A stretch of DNA of 63,952 nucleotides, the filler included, from Choristocarpus tenellus KU-1152 (Eukaryota; Protista; Phaeophyceae): assembly GCA_964200185.2 (NCBI GenBank). It is 13 parts of 13 records of this genome, joined end to end, with 100 filler letters (N's around TTAATTAATTAA, not from the genome) between each part and the next. Parts side by side here need not be neighbours in the genome. Positions count along the whole stretch, not along the records: positions 36,778 to 45,730 come from CAXNAD020004167.1; positions 45,831 to 50,034 come from CAXNAD020015715.1; positions 50,135 to 52,726 come from CAXNAD020026469.1; 10 more parts are not named here. One strand, written 5' to 3'. Position numbers and translations under genes: made by a program. Shown piece by piece: positions 37,878 to 51,960 of this stretch (positions are counted from its first letter, which is position 1; the number at the start of each line of letters is the position of its first letter). The notes under the pieces are model-generated. The model did not search any database. It was not told the origin of the DNA and worked only from the letters and a program-made list of their open reading frames with translations.

Positions 37878-40625
37878 GGAGTGTTTTTTTTGTCATCCTC
37901 CTTTGGTTTTCTTATCGGTTGAACAGGCTTTTTTTTCCTGTCTGTGTGTGTGTGTGTGTGTGTGTGTATTACGTGTTTGTGTTTTTGTGTTTATCCCTTG
38001 GTTACTACATATTCAAATGCCTAAGAGTAGGAAGTGTTGGTTTAGGATATGGTGATGGTCTTGAAAGTATCGTGGTGATTTTTGTGCTTGCCCACCCCCT
38101 GTCATCAAGCCTTGGAATTTAACGGACGCTGGCGTATAGTTGTGATCTCTTGTCTCTTGCCCTGCCGTTGAGTTGTTCTGTGGGAAACTGGGTGTTGAGT
38201 TGTTCTAAGAAGCTGCATCTACTGCCGACCATATATGCGAGAGCTAGGAAAAGAGTACTAATTATGTTGTAACTTAAGAAGAGGTGTCTTGGGAGGGGGA
38301 GGGGGAGGGGGGCTATAGTATGCCTTACCTTGAGGTTCGTGGAGAGGGGCCTGGGCAAGGGATTGAAAGGTACAATGTTTTGTTGAAGAAGAAAATGTTG
38401 GTTCAGGCTCTGTTGTGGATGATGAGGAGAATGTGTAGTTTTCTTGAAGCATGATACAGTACCTTTTTTTTTTGAGAAAAATAGGATAGGTACATGGAGG
38501 GAGCTATTTTTTTAATGTTTATGTTCTGATACCACCAGAGAAAAAATAATTTCATTTTTCAATGACTCCTCAGTAACTGGTACTGGTTGTGCATTCAATA
38601 CTTAGGGTTAGGGTTGCTGATGTCATTGTTGTTTTTTGTGTTATATTGCTGTAGAGTTTTTTTTCAGTTTATGAACGGCCTGTCCTTAGGATGTTTATAA
38701 TTTAAGATTGTAGAGGGGTGTTTGCCGCAGTTTGTGTGTAGTAGCTGGTCTTGTATGGGTGAAACACGGATTGCAATATCAGTGTGGTTACATACAATGA
38801 TTTCATTTCTGTGGTGCCACAAGGTTAATCAATCTACCGTCAATACCGTTAGACCAAAAATATCTAAGAAAATAATGTTCTTATTAATAATAATAATAAT
38901 AATAATAGTACTCCATACCATACCCCTCTGTATTTTTCAAAATCCACTCGTAAGTAGTATTCGTGTCAGTTTTCTGAAAAGAAATAATGTACGTATCATG
39001 GTTTGGAGCATTTGAGGGTTACGCACTTGCAGGGAGGTTCTACAGCTCCTCTCAAGGTGTGGTATTTAGGACAGAGCTTGGAGTTGTGCAAGGCATACAC
39101 CAGTCCATGGTTGTTGTTACTGTTCTTGATGACTTTCAAGTGACCACTACTGTGTAGAAACACGTACAAACATACATGGACACCTTTTTAATGTTTGCAG
39201 ATTGGAATGTAGTTCACCTGCCCTCTGGATTGCCTGGCTTTCTGTTCTATTTTTCTGTGATTGTGAGCAGCATTCTTAGGGTTAGGTTTAAGTAACATTC
39301 TTGTGTTATGGTTCATTGTTCTGATAAGGTAAGATAAAAGAGTACTGCGGGAAGTACTGGGTGGCTTGAATCATCATCGCGATAGTATGGGGGGCGTACG
39401 TAGTGTGTTCTGTAGTTACCCAAGCAGCATCCCGATGTTTGACAACAAGATCCCACTTTGTTTTGTGCATCTATCGGTGGATACAAAACTGGAAGTTGTG
39501 GGTGAGCTTTTTATTTCTTTTGAACGATTTGTCCTTAAGTGTTACACAATCAGTGTCGATGTAGATTGTGTGTTATGCTTCTGATTCCTCGATGGGTTCA
39601 TTCCGTACCACTGCTGAAGATGTCGCATTTCATTTGTATGAAATATTTCGCGCGCACGTGCCAATAATGCTTTTCATTGTAGTAATAATCCCCTATATAT
39701 TATTGCAAGAGAGGTGGGGATTGTATTATACTAGCCTCTCGAAGCCTCTGTCACATGTTAAAAAGAAAAGCCGACTCTCTGATCATAACAGAGTAGATTG
39801 CATACAATTTCGGAAGAGATGGAGCAAAAACACCAGGGGAAGTTAATTTGAAGGGTCTTCTTCGGGCACCGTCCTCCTTACTATGTACCATTCCCTTGGT
39901 AGGGAGGGGTCGATGCAAAGAACGTCAGCAGAAAAAAAACTATTGTTTACATACATCCGTCCCGATTAGTTAAGAGGAAAGAACTCCAAAATGATCGCTT
40001 CAGCAGTAGAATACAAGATAAATGAAAATGGTGCGGGAACCAGCAAGCTCTGCATTACAAGGAAAGCATACAAGTGATTATGGGTATAAATAGTGTATAA
40101 AGGCTTCTTTTTCTTTTTTTTGGGGGGGGGGTTAGGGTTAGGGGTTTCGCGACGAGCGGAAGAAAAAAAAAAATGCATTTCACCGTTGTTGTTTAGGAGC
40201 AACAATGGCCACGTATCGTATTTGAGTTTGTTCTATCAACTCTTGTCAACTTGGGCAAAGGAAGTATTATTTGAGGACAAAACCGTCATGATCATACGTA
40301 TGGTTGTGTATAGATATTTATTATGGAGATATTCGTGAAGAAATAGACACGACAGTGGTGGTGATGAGACGGATGGAGTGCTCGGTTACTGCTCCGTCGA
40401 CAGACAGCTCGAAGGATGACTTGAACGCAGTATTCACTCGTGTTGGGGCAGGATCAGCACCAGCAAGCACGGAAAACATGGAATAATAGATGCAAAGCTA
40501 CCTAGTCCTCGTCGCCCCCGCTATCAATCGCAGACCAACGATGTGGAGCTTGTTTTACATGGTGAAAGAACCTTGGGTGGCTTACTCAGTAGAGTTTTCT
40601 ATGTGTGACCTAATGCAGCAGTTCA

Positions 40626-43600
40626 TCACTCGTCAGTTCCGGTGATGGGGGAGCCTACTGAGTAGACAGAATTGTGCCAGTTGCCGCCGCAAATATTGTC
40701 ACTGCTGCCTGAACACTCCTGGGCGACCACCAACCAGGGCAGAAGATAGGCGTGAGTAGGGGGAGCGGGGGCGTGAGGGAGACCGGAGGTGAAAAGCGTT
40801 AGGGGAACAAAAAAATTGAAGAATTGTTATGTAATTGGGTTGTAGATGGGGGGAGAGGGGTATAGGGACTGGACTAGACCATTGGCCGTGAGGTAGGGTT
40901 AGGGTATGTGGTGCGCTAAGCCAGAGGGAAAAATAAGAAGTGGTTTTGGGAGATAGATGGGTTTTGGGGGGGTTGTTTGTTTCTTACTCGCTGATGTATC
41001 CTGACTTCTCCTTTCAGCGATGATTGCTCTCATGTGCTGGTGGGAGCTTTGAAATGTTAGTGTGTCTGAAAGGAGGCATCTACCACAAAAGGATAAAAAG
41101 AAGAAACGAGTATCTCAGTTTTTGAAATTGCCTACAACTCGGTAGTTTGGTAGGGTTAGGGTTAATGCTTTTGTCCTAGTCCAAGCCCCAAATGAGACGT
41201 GTAACAGTCCACTTCAAGTAGGATTACAACGACATACAGTTGGTGCAGTAGTAATAGTAGTACTAAAAATAAGATCATACGAAACTTGTATTTCTACTAT
41301 TGTGTTGCTGTTGTTATAGATAGATGTATATCCTCCTCTCAGACATCTCAAAGGACGTGTAAAAAAATCAAGTCCAAAATGAAGTCGTTTTTTGGTATTG
41401 TAGCTGAGGAAGGTGCATTGCAATCATTAATATTGTGTTTTTGGAGAGTAGTGTGCCATACATACATTCCTTCTTCTAAAGTACTTCGGAGTACATGGCA
41501 AGTTGCAAGGGTATGTAATGAAGTTGAGTAGATGAAGAGATAGATGGACGGATCCGCAACACATTTCTACAGACCCAAATGAGGGCAACCCCATACTTCC
41601 CTACCCATCCCCACTCGTACCTGTACACAACACACAGCACACACCGATATTGTAATCATTGCCAACTGCCATGTCCAGACTTCATCGAAAGGTCTCTTCA
41701 AACCAGCCATCTTGTGCAATGTGTAGGTCCACGTGGTACCAGAAAAAAAGGACCAAGGGTGGCAAACAACAACTCCCCCCCTACAATGGCCAAGTCCTCA
41801 TTGTCCCCTCCCTTCCCTTGATAGCTAACCCTCCCCTCTCCCCTCTCTCTAGTACACACAAACACCTACGAAAAAAATAATAGAGCTTCCCCTTGAATCG
41901 CCCCATTCGTGCCAATCTCCATAACCAACTCACAATGTTGCACATGGTCTCCTCTGCTTTGTCCTCCTCCCCGGGGGGGTCAGAACCACACTGGCACAGA
42001 TAGCCAAACTGAAGGGCAAAGTACGAATAGCCAGCAATGTTGCAGTGGCGATGGCACTCGTGCACAGAATTGTATTCGTAGTCCACCAGCGGTATATCCC
42101 CAAATCCGCGCTGGACGATCCTGGCGGATTTTCCCAGAACCTCCTCATGGTGATGTATTGTTGACAGCGAGTGCGTGAGAGAGTCGCAGTAGCAGCCATG
42201 GTACCTGTTTAGGTGGGGCAAGGTTGTGTGTGGTACATGCTGAGGACACTGAAGGAAAAGAAACATTTGAATTGGTTATTGCTGAACTGAATAATCTTCT
42301 GGGATTTTTCCTCGTGGACCTAGGAACGTGAGGGAACAGCGTTTGTGAAACCCATTGTACAACACACCGAAGATGTCGTCCTGACAACAGCTAACGAGGG
42401 CCCTGGTAAAATAGGTTTTTGTTTTTGAGCTCAAACCTCAAGACTACTGCCGTATAGAAGGACCTCCACAGGGTAGGGAGGTGATTGGATTAGGGTTTGC
42501 GCATATGTTAAGCCCTCTCTGCAGTGGCAAGGATGCAGAAGCTGCACACGGTGGATATTTACACCCAACTGCTTTCACGATAGAAGGGTGAAATGGGAAA
42601 GGCGACTCTTGCAGCATTTGATATTTTATGTAGCAGAAAGCTGTTGTCTAGGTAGTGCAAACATCAGCACTGGAGACAGGGGGTTAGGGTGAGGTGCTTC
42701 AATGAAATTTTCGAGTGTGTGCACAACCCCAACTGCCTGGCTCATATATTATTGTGTTGCCAAGTGGGTGGGATACTCCTTGAGTTTCTGGTGATATCAT
42801 TGGGTGAACTACAACACAAGGGTGTGCTGCAAAAGCACGAAAATAATTTGAATTATACAAGCAATATGGGGAGGGGGGAAGGGGAATTGGAATAATCAGG
42901 CAAAATGTTTCCACTACTCCTTCAAAAAAGGATGTGACAATGAGTGAAGTTTGGAGCATTTCTTTCCTTTTTTATCCTTGACACTTGAGCCAAATTGGTC
43001 ACTAAGATAGGACAAAGAAGTCTAGGGGGCTAAGCAGGTGACTACAATGGAATGGGGGAAAATTGGAAATAATAATGAAAAAAAGACATGAAACACAAAA
43101 CCCGAATCCTCTATACTGGAAGCTATACCATCCGCATTCTTCGAAACATATGAAAAGTGTGGGGGGTGGGTGTTTCGACAGGGAATAAGGGGAAGGCCCC
43201 CCCCAAAGATATCCAGTCATGAGCAACAGTGAAGGAACACCTGATGGAAATCATCCGCATCACTACAAAGTGCTCAAAATCAGGTTGTGTTGCATTCAAT
43301 AAATTACAGACACCGTGGTAAGGTTTGTGTCATTTGACATTTCAATGTAAGTAACAATTGTTGCGGTCGAGCTTGACAAATAGTAGTGATGCTTTGTGTC
43401 AAGGATGAGACGCTTACATGGGAGGCAGGGTGTCTTCATCACTGTCCGCAGTTTTAATCTTGAAGACTTCTAGAGCCAACGTACCCCCACAGGTCTTGCT
43501 GTTCTGTCCTGAGCATGGAATGTCGCACTTATCATTGCTGATCTTACCATGCTTCTTCCACTTGTTGTTATTCCACCAGCAGTAGCAATCAGAGCCATTC

Positions 43601-45240
43601 TGGAGACCTAAACAAGAAGCAGGAGGTTGAGGTAACGAGGTGTGTAGAACAGGGGCCACAGGAAGGCTACAGAACAGTGTGGTGAGGTGGGCCATTGGAA
43701 TCAGAGGAGTTAGGTGAGACAAAGCTTCTATGCAATCAGAGGGGATGCTTGAAGGGAGTGCAAAGCACTTATGTGAAGACTAGCTATGGTACCGAAACCA
43801 CTGTTTCCGTTTTTCAACTGACGCAAATAGGGCTCCAATGAAGAAATGCAGACCTGAACCCCCCATCCCCCATTCAAAGGAGTATGGAGCCAGGAGGAAC
43901 CTTTCACAACCTCTCCCCACAGCCACCACGCCTACCACCACTGCTCACCAACAAAACGATACTTGGAGTTTTTGTTGATGCAGTGGGAAAGGCAATTGGG
44001 ATGCTTCATCCCAATGGTGACCCCATCAATTGGCGGCATAGATTTCTTGGCGCGCATGGCCCTGCAAGCGGGGTTTATGGCAAGGGCCGTAGTTAGGGTG
44101 GCAATGGGGGAACTGAGGGATGAAGGGGTTAGAACTGTGTCCAATTCAGGAAAATCATCGCATAACTATCACGAGGGGGGGTTGGCCGACCCAGGGTCTA
44201 GACCTCATGCAGGGTCCCTTCCAGGTTCATGAGAATATTGTCGAGGTAGAGGCAAGTGCCAAATCAGAAGGGAGGAGAAGACGAGCACTATCAATAAGGA
44301 GGTTTAGATGATCTGTGTTGGGAGTGGGGAGAATGCTACCAGTAACTTACTACCGTGACAGGAAAGCACGGGCTACCTTGTACCTGTCTTCAGTATCATC
44401 ATTGTAGCATCCCCTCCGGGAGAGGTACTTGCCCGGAGTAGCAGCAGGGTATATGGAAGTAGTAACTGGTGTGGGGGTGTCTAAGCTATTGCTCTCCCGA
44501 AAGTTGGCAACTGTTGCCTGGAGAAGGGGTGCAACCATTGAGGGGGAGGTGGTTGGTATAGAGTGTGTGATTGGTGTATAGTACAAAGAGCTTAACGGAA
44601 GAGTGGAGCAAAGCATTGAAATATTAGCACTCCAACTTGCCAATATGCGTGAAATAGTTGTGTCAACAACGACTTCACTAGAAATGATGATATCTCCAAT
44701 ACAGAAGTGCATCATGTATTTCAAAGCACTCTTTCTGTTCATCTGAGTCCACAATTGGGCCATCTATTTTTGATAAGCAGCGACTGAACAGCCTGTTATT
44801 TCAATACCCACCTCCCCTCCCACTTGTAGACCTATGGCCACACTGCTTGCTCAACAGGACAGCAAGAAATCATTGGGACCCGTCACAGTGTTTGGATTTG
44901 GAAAGATCTTGAGTAAGAGTTGGGTTCAATACTACGGAAGATCAGGATGTCCATGAATGTTGTATTATTGGTAGTCCTATACCCTGCCATATTCACCAAT
45001 TGCAATGGACTCATCAGATGCTGACATACAGTTCAAACCAGCCTCTTACAACATCTTCACCATTCAACCCCTGCAGTTTCCTGAAAGCGACTCCACACCT
45101 TAGCCAATCGGATGACCCTAGCATTGTCAGCCTCTGTGGCTCCCGCCGTCTTCCCACCATATGTCACAGAAGGGTTGGAGAAGATACTGACCCTTGGGGT
45201 CGAAACACACCCGGATGAGTAGGCCATTACAGTACGGTAC
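40626..45240 (-). CDS. Reprolysin-like (M12) metalloprotease with two C-terminal WSC domains, 3' part; exons 45240-45099, 44517-44384, 44061-43949, 43607-43418, 42204-41934, 40718-40626
   Basis: In-phase splicing gives the Met-turn region YRTVMAYSSGC..PRVSIFSNP...ADNARVIRLAKATVANFR. WSC1 is GCYND...CLSHC...GLQNGSDCYC...CDIPCSG...CGG and WSC2 is GCYCD...CHRHC...FALQFGYLCQC...CNIECSG...CGG. The HEXXH exon is not in the contig. Confidence 0.85.
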
Positions 45241-48200
45241 CTTTGCCCATATAAAGAGATTAGTTGGGAATATTCAGAGTTCAATTTGACTCAAGGATTC
45301 ATGCCCTTGCCATTGCAGGGAGTTTCTAAGAACACGTAAATATGTGCGTGCACCTCTTCTTGCGCCCTCTACAGGTAGATTTGGCTTGATTGTGTTTGTC
45401 TTCATGTTTGTGAGAGTTTATATGCCTGCAAAAACCCTGGATTTTCCTTTCTCCTGATATGATAGAATGGAGTGTGTCTGTCTATTTGTCTGGCAAAAGC
45501 CTCCCCAGCTATTTCAAAACCTTTTTTTGTCTACACAGGGGTGTGGATATGAGAGTTGGGTGGTCTGGTCAGGAGTACCCAATAAGTCAATGTCTGGCTC
45601 AAAGTATCTGGGGAGGGGGGTGGTGGCTGTCCATTTGGGGTCGATTTTTTCATGTCGCGATTTTTAGGGGATTTGGTTGCATACATCGGATGGATAATGT
45701 TAATGCACTTTTCCTGATTTTGGTCCAAATNNNNNNNNNNNNNNNNNNNNNNNNNNNNNNNNNNNNNNNNNNNNTTAATTAATTAANNNNNNNNNNNNNN
45801 NNNNNNNNNNNNNNNNNNNNNNNNNNNNNNCCCCCCCTCCCAGATACTTTGGGTCTTCACCCATGTTTCTATGGATGAATTTCTAAGTTTGACTTGAGAG
45901 AGTTTATTTCTCTAATGTTTGAAACCTTTCTGAAAAAGTTCAGAAAATATCTTACACACCTTTGTAAAAAAAGCCGAATTTTGCACATATTATCAGCATC
46001 CTTAAAATACAACTCTGGGTACCTCTTATTTACTTTGACTCTTGTGTAATAGATGCATACTTTGTCACTCATATGAATATGGTGCATGTTGTGCTGATAT
46101 TTATTTTTGTGTGTGCATATGATACTGCATATTACATGCATTGCAGCACCTTTCCCTTGCCTCTTTCAGCCAGGGCAAGGAACAAAGTCTGTGTTAGTGA
46201 GAAGCACCCTTGATGTCCAAGGTTTTTCAAAGTTTTTGGCACTTAGACATGTTGAACTAGAGCCACACAAGGAAGAAAACCACATACCACCTGGAATGAA
46301 TCACTTTGGTCGCCTGCTCCAGGAATTCCAGGACTACAGAGTATATCTACTAAGCGATGGAGCTAATGCATATCTGCAAATTCTACACTATCTACATACC
46401 AGAATATTCCAAAAAAACGCTTATACCAACTTTTTTTTGCATATTTGCAAGGACGTAGAGGTGTGAAATACTTGTACACCAGGCTGAGGTGGTACCTACA
46501 CAGATAATATATTCATATATCATTGCAAAGAGAAGTGTTGAGCTCTTCTTTTCTGTTGTTCTGAGTGGAAGTATCTTGGAGGGTACGACTTTTCCACTGT
46601 TTGTCTGTTTGGAATTTGGCTTCCCACGTTTTTTGTTCATGACATTTTACCTAATCTGACATGTTTCGGAGTAGGTAAAATGTGTATGTTATGAAAAGGT
46701 GTGTCCGGAACAAGGATATTCTCATTTTGTAACAAACACGATAGCCGAAAATACATCAAAATCGCAACATTGGAAATTGACCCCAAACGGACATGGCTCT
46801 ACCCTCTAAGATACTTTGACTCATTCTCCCTACACCTGCATTGATTCTTTTTGCGTAGCTAGTTTACGTAGTTGACCCATCCTAAGATTTGCAGAATTTT
46901 TTGGTGTAGCAATGCCAAGCACAGCTTTTTTTGTTTCTCCACATGTTATTCGTGAACATGCATATATGCATGTGATCAGGAGTAATCCAACTTTCTTAAG
47001 ACTGACCGATGGATTTGCTGTAGAAAAAAACCCGTACCCTGCATGTAAAGGTCAATTTAAGATTTTAGGGAGCTGCTTCTAAAACTGCCTAGGATTATGA
47101 CTGGACATATTTGGGCTTACATAGGCTGGAAGAGTACAAGAAAAGGGAGTGTTGGTAACAGAAAAAAGGTGTGAATCCCCTGTGACCATCCAACTTGAAT
47201 ATTTGCCTATATACAAACGGAGCGGTTCTTGCAGTCAAGGAAATACCTCAGGAGAGGCTGCTGAGCAGACGTTGTTGGGTGGTAGGCAAGTGCCTGATGA
47301 GTGGCATAACGTATATGTCACAAATGAGAATCTGGACTTGTAGCAGCTGCCACATAATGGGCAGTTCAGGCAAGGGGGGAGGAGAGTGTGTAAAAGCTCT
47401 TTCTATGGCAAAAACACCGGCATGATTGAATCAAGTCAAACTTCAGAGGAGGAGGGTGTCAACTTGAGCCAATTCGAAATTGGTGGCAAGGTGAGGTGCT
47501 TGATGTGCAGACAAAAGAATGAAGCAGGAAGACGAGCTGCTGTAGCTAAAGCTTAGTGGAGGAGGGCCATGGCTATTCTCCCCTCCAAACCCTGGACGTG
47601 TTCCAATCCCACGCACTGAGGTTGCATGGTCTGTGAGTGGAGAGGAGGGAAGGGCGGATTTGTGCAAAGCTCAAAATGGTAGTTTGCCCTGATAATGTAC
47701 TGTATGATCTCCATGGACAAATTTATCAGGTAGACATTAAGTAGGGTATGATATCATCTATGGCCTTTGACTTTTGGAGAGGATAGTAGGGTTGGTGTTT
47801 TGCGTCTCAGTCAGTTCAAGCTCATCAGAGATTTGATAGTGGATGTCTTGACGTTTGATTGACTGGGACAAGTTCAGGGTGGGTGCGGTGGTCAAGGATA
47901 GGGCTACAGATATGGAGGGGGTCCACCAGCTAGTAGCCACTCTTCTTCAAAGGCACTGAGAGGGAGTGGGGGTGTATGTATCTGAGCCAAAGTGTCTTAG
48001 AGGGTACAGCCACGTCCGTTTGGGGGCCAAAATCCAATTTTGCGATTTTGCTGTAATTTTGACCATCGTGTTTGTTAGGAAGTGTCAATATCCACGTTCT
48101 GGACATACCTTTTCATAGCGTACACATTCTACCTACTCGAAAACATTTTGGAGTAGGAAAACGTTATAAAAAACCCCATGGGAAGCCAAGCCCCAAATGG

Positions 48201-49284
48201 ACAAAAAGGCAAAACTCGTACCCTCTAAGATACTTTCACTCATCTACCTAGCTAAGAACAAGTCAACATACTAAATTGAATAAGTCCTAGGCCATGGACG
48301 TTGCAGCCATTGTTATTACAATTTCAGAAATCTATTCTGGGTCACCATTCCGGCAGGTGATTGGATATAGGTACTTGTCAACATGTGGGGGGGCTGTCTG
48401 ACAATTGTTACAATGATTCATTTTTTTTCCGAGTATACCTACTGACATTGTGCAGATGCTCCGACAGAACATACCAGAGGTTAATACATTTATTTTACAA
48501 GTGTCCTCCTGCTCCACGTAGTCATAAAAAACAGCAAAGATAGCGAGATATCTCACCAGTTTCTTGTCTTGTTACACCTGTGATATATGAGCCAGAGATG
48601 ACCACTTACATCTATCGAAAGCTCTCAGCTTTTCTCTTTCATTGCAGGATGTATGCAGGTTTCATATTAGTCTACTTCCAATCTATGCTCACAAAATTCA
48701 TTCAGTTGTGTACCTAGACCTACCAGCGAGCCAACGTAAACGAGTGGTACCCAGAGTTGCATTTTCAGGATGCCGACAAATGTGCAATATTCAACCTTTT
48801 GTACAAAGGCGTATAGGGACAATTCTGCATTTTGTTGAATGTTTCAAACAATAGAGAAGTCACTGCTTTCATGTCAATCTTAGCACTTCAATCATAGAAA
48901 AAAGGATGAATGGCAAAATATGAAAACACTGGGTCAAATTGAAAAACTGCCAAAACCTTGGTACCTCTTGCCTACTTTGGCTCACCATACCTTTAATATT
49001 TGTACTTCCAAGAAAGGTGCATTAAATATATCTTACACATCCCATATCCTTAAGTGAGTGATTTGTGATAATGCAACTATCCTTACTCTGCATCAACTGT
49101 ACTTCACATGGCGAAAAGCACTCCAGAGAGTAGTCCACCATGTAGCCAAGAAAAAAGTCGCTATTTTCTTCCCCATACGTTCATAACCCAATGGGATTTT
49201 CACAAGAGGTTTCTTGACATAGATCCAGCTTTCCATTGGTTCTCTATCTTCAATTAATCTTCTCTTGCAATATTTACTGCACAG

Positions 49285-50034
49285 ACTACAATCGCTGCTG
49301 GAGGGCTGATAATCACAACAGGTGATGAGACAATAGCAGATGGCGATCATATTCTCCTCAATGGTTCAATCACAGCTGTAAATGGCATGCTGACCATTGC
49401 CGGTATCAGCAGTTCTGCAATTGTGACTATTGATGATGACATCTGGTCATCAGGAAATATCACAGCTTCAACAGGGATTTTGACAATCAACGGCATTAGC
49501 AGCTCAGATACAGTCACAGTCAGCTCTGGTGGTGCTACAATCACTGGAGGTTTAACAGTGGCGTCGATGGGGGAAACAATAACATCTGGTGGTCTACAAA
49601 TTAATGCTGGTGGGGCCACTGTAAATGCTGGAGGGCTTATAGTTTCACAGGATGGAATATTGGTTGGTTCTGGAGGAGAAACCATCACCGCAGGTGACTT
49701 GGTGCTAGACATCGGATCCATCACTGCCACACTGGGCTCTGTGACCTCTGTTGGTGTAAGTAGCTCGGCTGTGGTGACGGCTGCTGGTGTAAGCAGCACT
49801 GCAGCCATTACCGTTGACACTGGTGGAGTGGAAATCACTGCTGGAAACCTGGTCCTGGATGTAGGGTCCATCACGGCCACACTGGGCTCAGTGACCTCTG
49901 TTGGTGTGAGTAGCTCAGCTATAATTACTGCTGCTGGTGTGAGCAGCACTGCAGCCATCACAGTTGACACTGGTGGGGTGGAAATCACTTCGGGTGACCT
50001 GCGCGTGGGGGCAGAGTGTAGATCTCGGAGGTCG
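49285..50034 (+). CDS. Exon of a G/T/V/S/I-rich repetitive beta-structured (adhesin/fibre-like) protein
   Basis: cag acceptor at 49282-49284 with the frame open to the linker. A 50-aa unit ITAGDLVLDIGSITATLGSVTSVGVSSSAVVTAAGVSSTAAITVDTGGVE is repeated (150-bp period) with mostly synonymous differences. Confidence 0.75.
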
Positions 50035-50158
50035 NNNNNNNNNNNNNNNNNNNNNNNNNNNNNNNNNNNNNNNNNNNNTTAATTAATTAANNNNNNNNNN
50101 NNNNNNNNNNNNNNNNNNNNNNNNNNNNNNNNNNCCCCCCTCCCAGATACTTTGGGTC

Positions 50159-51960
50159 AATACTCGCGGTATTCGCCTGTAACGCATTTACCACGCGTGT
50201 GCACAAGGAATATGAGTTATCTGCTTCTAACCTTGATCAAGCAACGCCCATCCAAAGTGATCGTGAACTCTTTAACTTGTTCCACTATACTTGTGTTTCC
50301 TGCAGTGGACCCGGAGCAATTGCAAAAGGAGCAAGAATCCGAGTTCGGACCATATTTCAGGTATTTACAGTCCCCCAACGTCGCCCCATCACCTGATGAG
50401 GAATCGACAACGTCTGTGTCGTATTTTTCCTTTGTAATGGCTTATTTGTATTGTTCGTATTTACCAGGCCATCTTCGTAAGAGGAGCACGTTTAAAGGCC
50501 GGTTGGTCGTCCTTCGCTCGTTAGTCCGTCTTATGCTCTCCATGGTTGCCATGACCGTGCATTGTTTGGAGACAACTTAGATTTCAAACCACGTTCAATA
50601 AGGTTAGAGACGCGTATTGGTGGCCAATATTAAATATCGGCGTTCGTACAGGGTGTCGTGATTATCAAGCATGCCAAACGCGTAAGACTGCTCATAATAA
50701 AGGTACGCGCTTCCCACTGGCCATGACCCAAAGTATCTGGGAGGGGGGGGGNNNNNNNNNNATTGACCCCAAATGGACAGCCGCCACCCCCTCCCAGATA
50801 CTTTGAGCCCATATGCCCGTTGAAAGACCATTTCAATGTGTTGCTATTGATTTTGGCATAGTACAAAACACTTTCGCCAGCAGCAAATGGTACGATGTGC
50901 TCCTATTTGTTGCCCTACCATTGATCACCTCACTCGTTTTGTTGTGCTTAGCCCCGTTCCAAATAAAGAGGCGGCAACAATTGCTCGTACACTGGTAGAA
51001 CGTTTATTTTCAATTTTTGGTCCACCCGAGTTGTTACACTCCAATCAAATTACCGAATTTGAAATTAGTATCGTCGTAGAGTTGTAATCTGTCTTTGGTT
51101 ACAAGAAAACCAAAACCACACAGCATCATCCCCAACGAAATCCTGTTAGAGACAATATGTTATGCTACGTTGCATTCTATTCTAACAATGCATTTATCTG
51201 TTGCTGAGGAAAACTGGGCATCGTTACTGCCTTTCGTGTACAGTTAGCCCATAACACAGCTTTCTTTACAAAGTTGCATGAAACACCGACTTTGCTTTAG
51301 TTTGGAAAGACAAGTTCGCTTACACCTGTTGATAGTATATCCTTGGTTCGTCTGATACTGATTCAGATGTCACTACTGAAGAGTTTACTCCACAAACCAA
51401 GAATGATTTTTTAGCTTGTATTTGAGTTGGCACGCCGTAACCTCCATGAAGACGTTAAAAAACAGGAGCGTGTCAACCAACGTCTCGTGTCCCCATTTTC
51501 GTACCTGGTGATCAAGTTCTAGTCCATAGGTCACATGAGAGTACTGATGGTCCGATTCTGAAGTTACTTCACCCTTGGAGGGGTTCGTATGAAGTAATCC
51601 GGAGTACCTTCTAAGCTACCACCCATCGTGTTACACAAGGTAGTATTACATTGAAACCCATGTCCATTTTCCGTTCATCTGGGAAGAATGAAGCAAGTCC
51701 TACCTCCCACACCAGATTTAAATTAATTGGATTATTTGTTTCTGGGAAAACCATTAACCATTACCGGATGTAGATCATAAAATCTCTTGAACCTGTTAAT
51801 GGCCAATACACTATTGATAGAGCATTGATGGACATAGACCTGGTTCTGATCGTCGTTCGTCCATTAATGTTATCTATCGCCCTTTGCCTTTGTGGCTGTG
51901 GACCGTCTTGTGATCTTAACAAAAGGATAGAACAGATCTCACAATGCCGTGAAATGATTG
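50159..51960 (+). mobile_element. Decayed Ty3/gypsy integrase region, with family A MITE inserted at 50725-50809 (TSD CAT)
   Basis: PVERPFQCVAIDF, IDHLTRFVVLSPVPNKEAATIARTLVERLFSIFGPPELLHSNQ..EF and a GPY-like WRGSYEV. Removing the MITE and one CAT restores PTGHMPVERPF. Confidence 0.85.

Noticed and set aside
49347-49988. 213-aa minus-strand ORF
   Set aside because: It is the antisense shadow of the repeat protein. The plus frame has a splice acceptor and synonymous variation between units.
32082-50034. Cell-wall gene cluster (epimerase + WSC protease + adhesin-like protein)
   Set aside because: The three genes are on different contigs separated by artificial linkers, so adjacency is unsupported.
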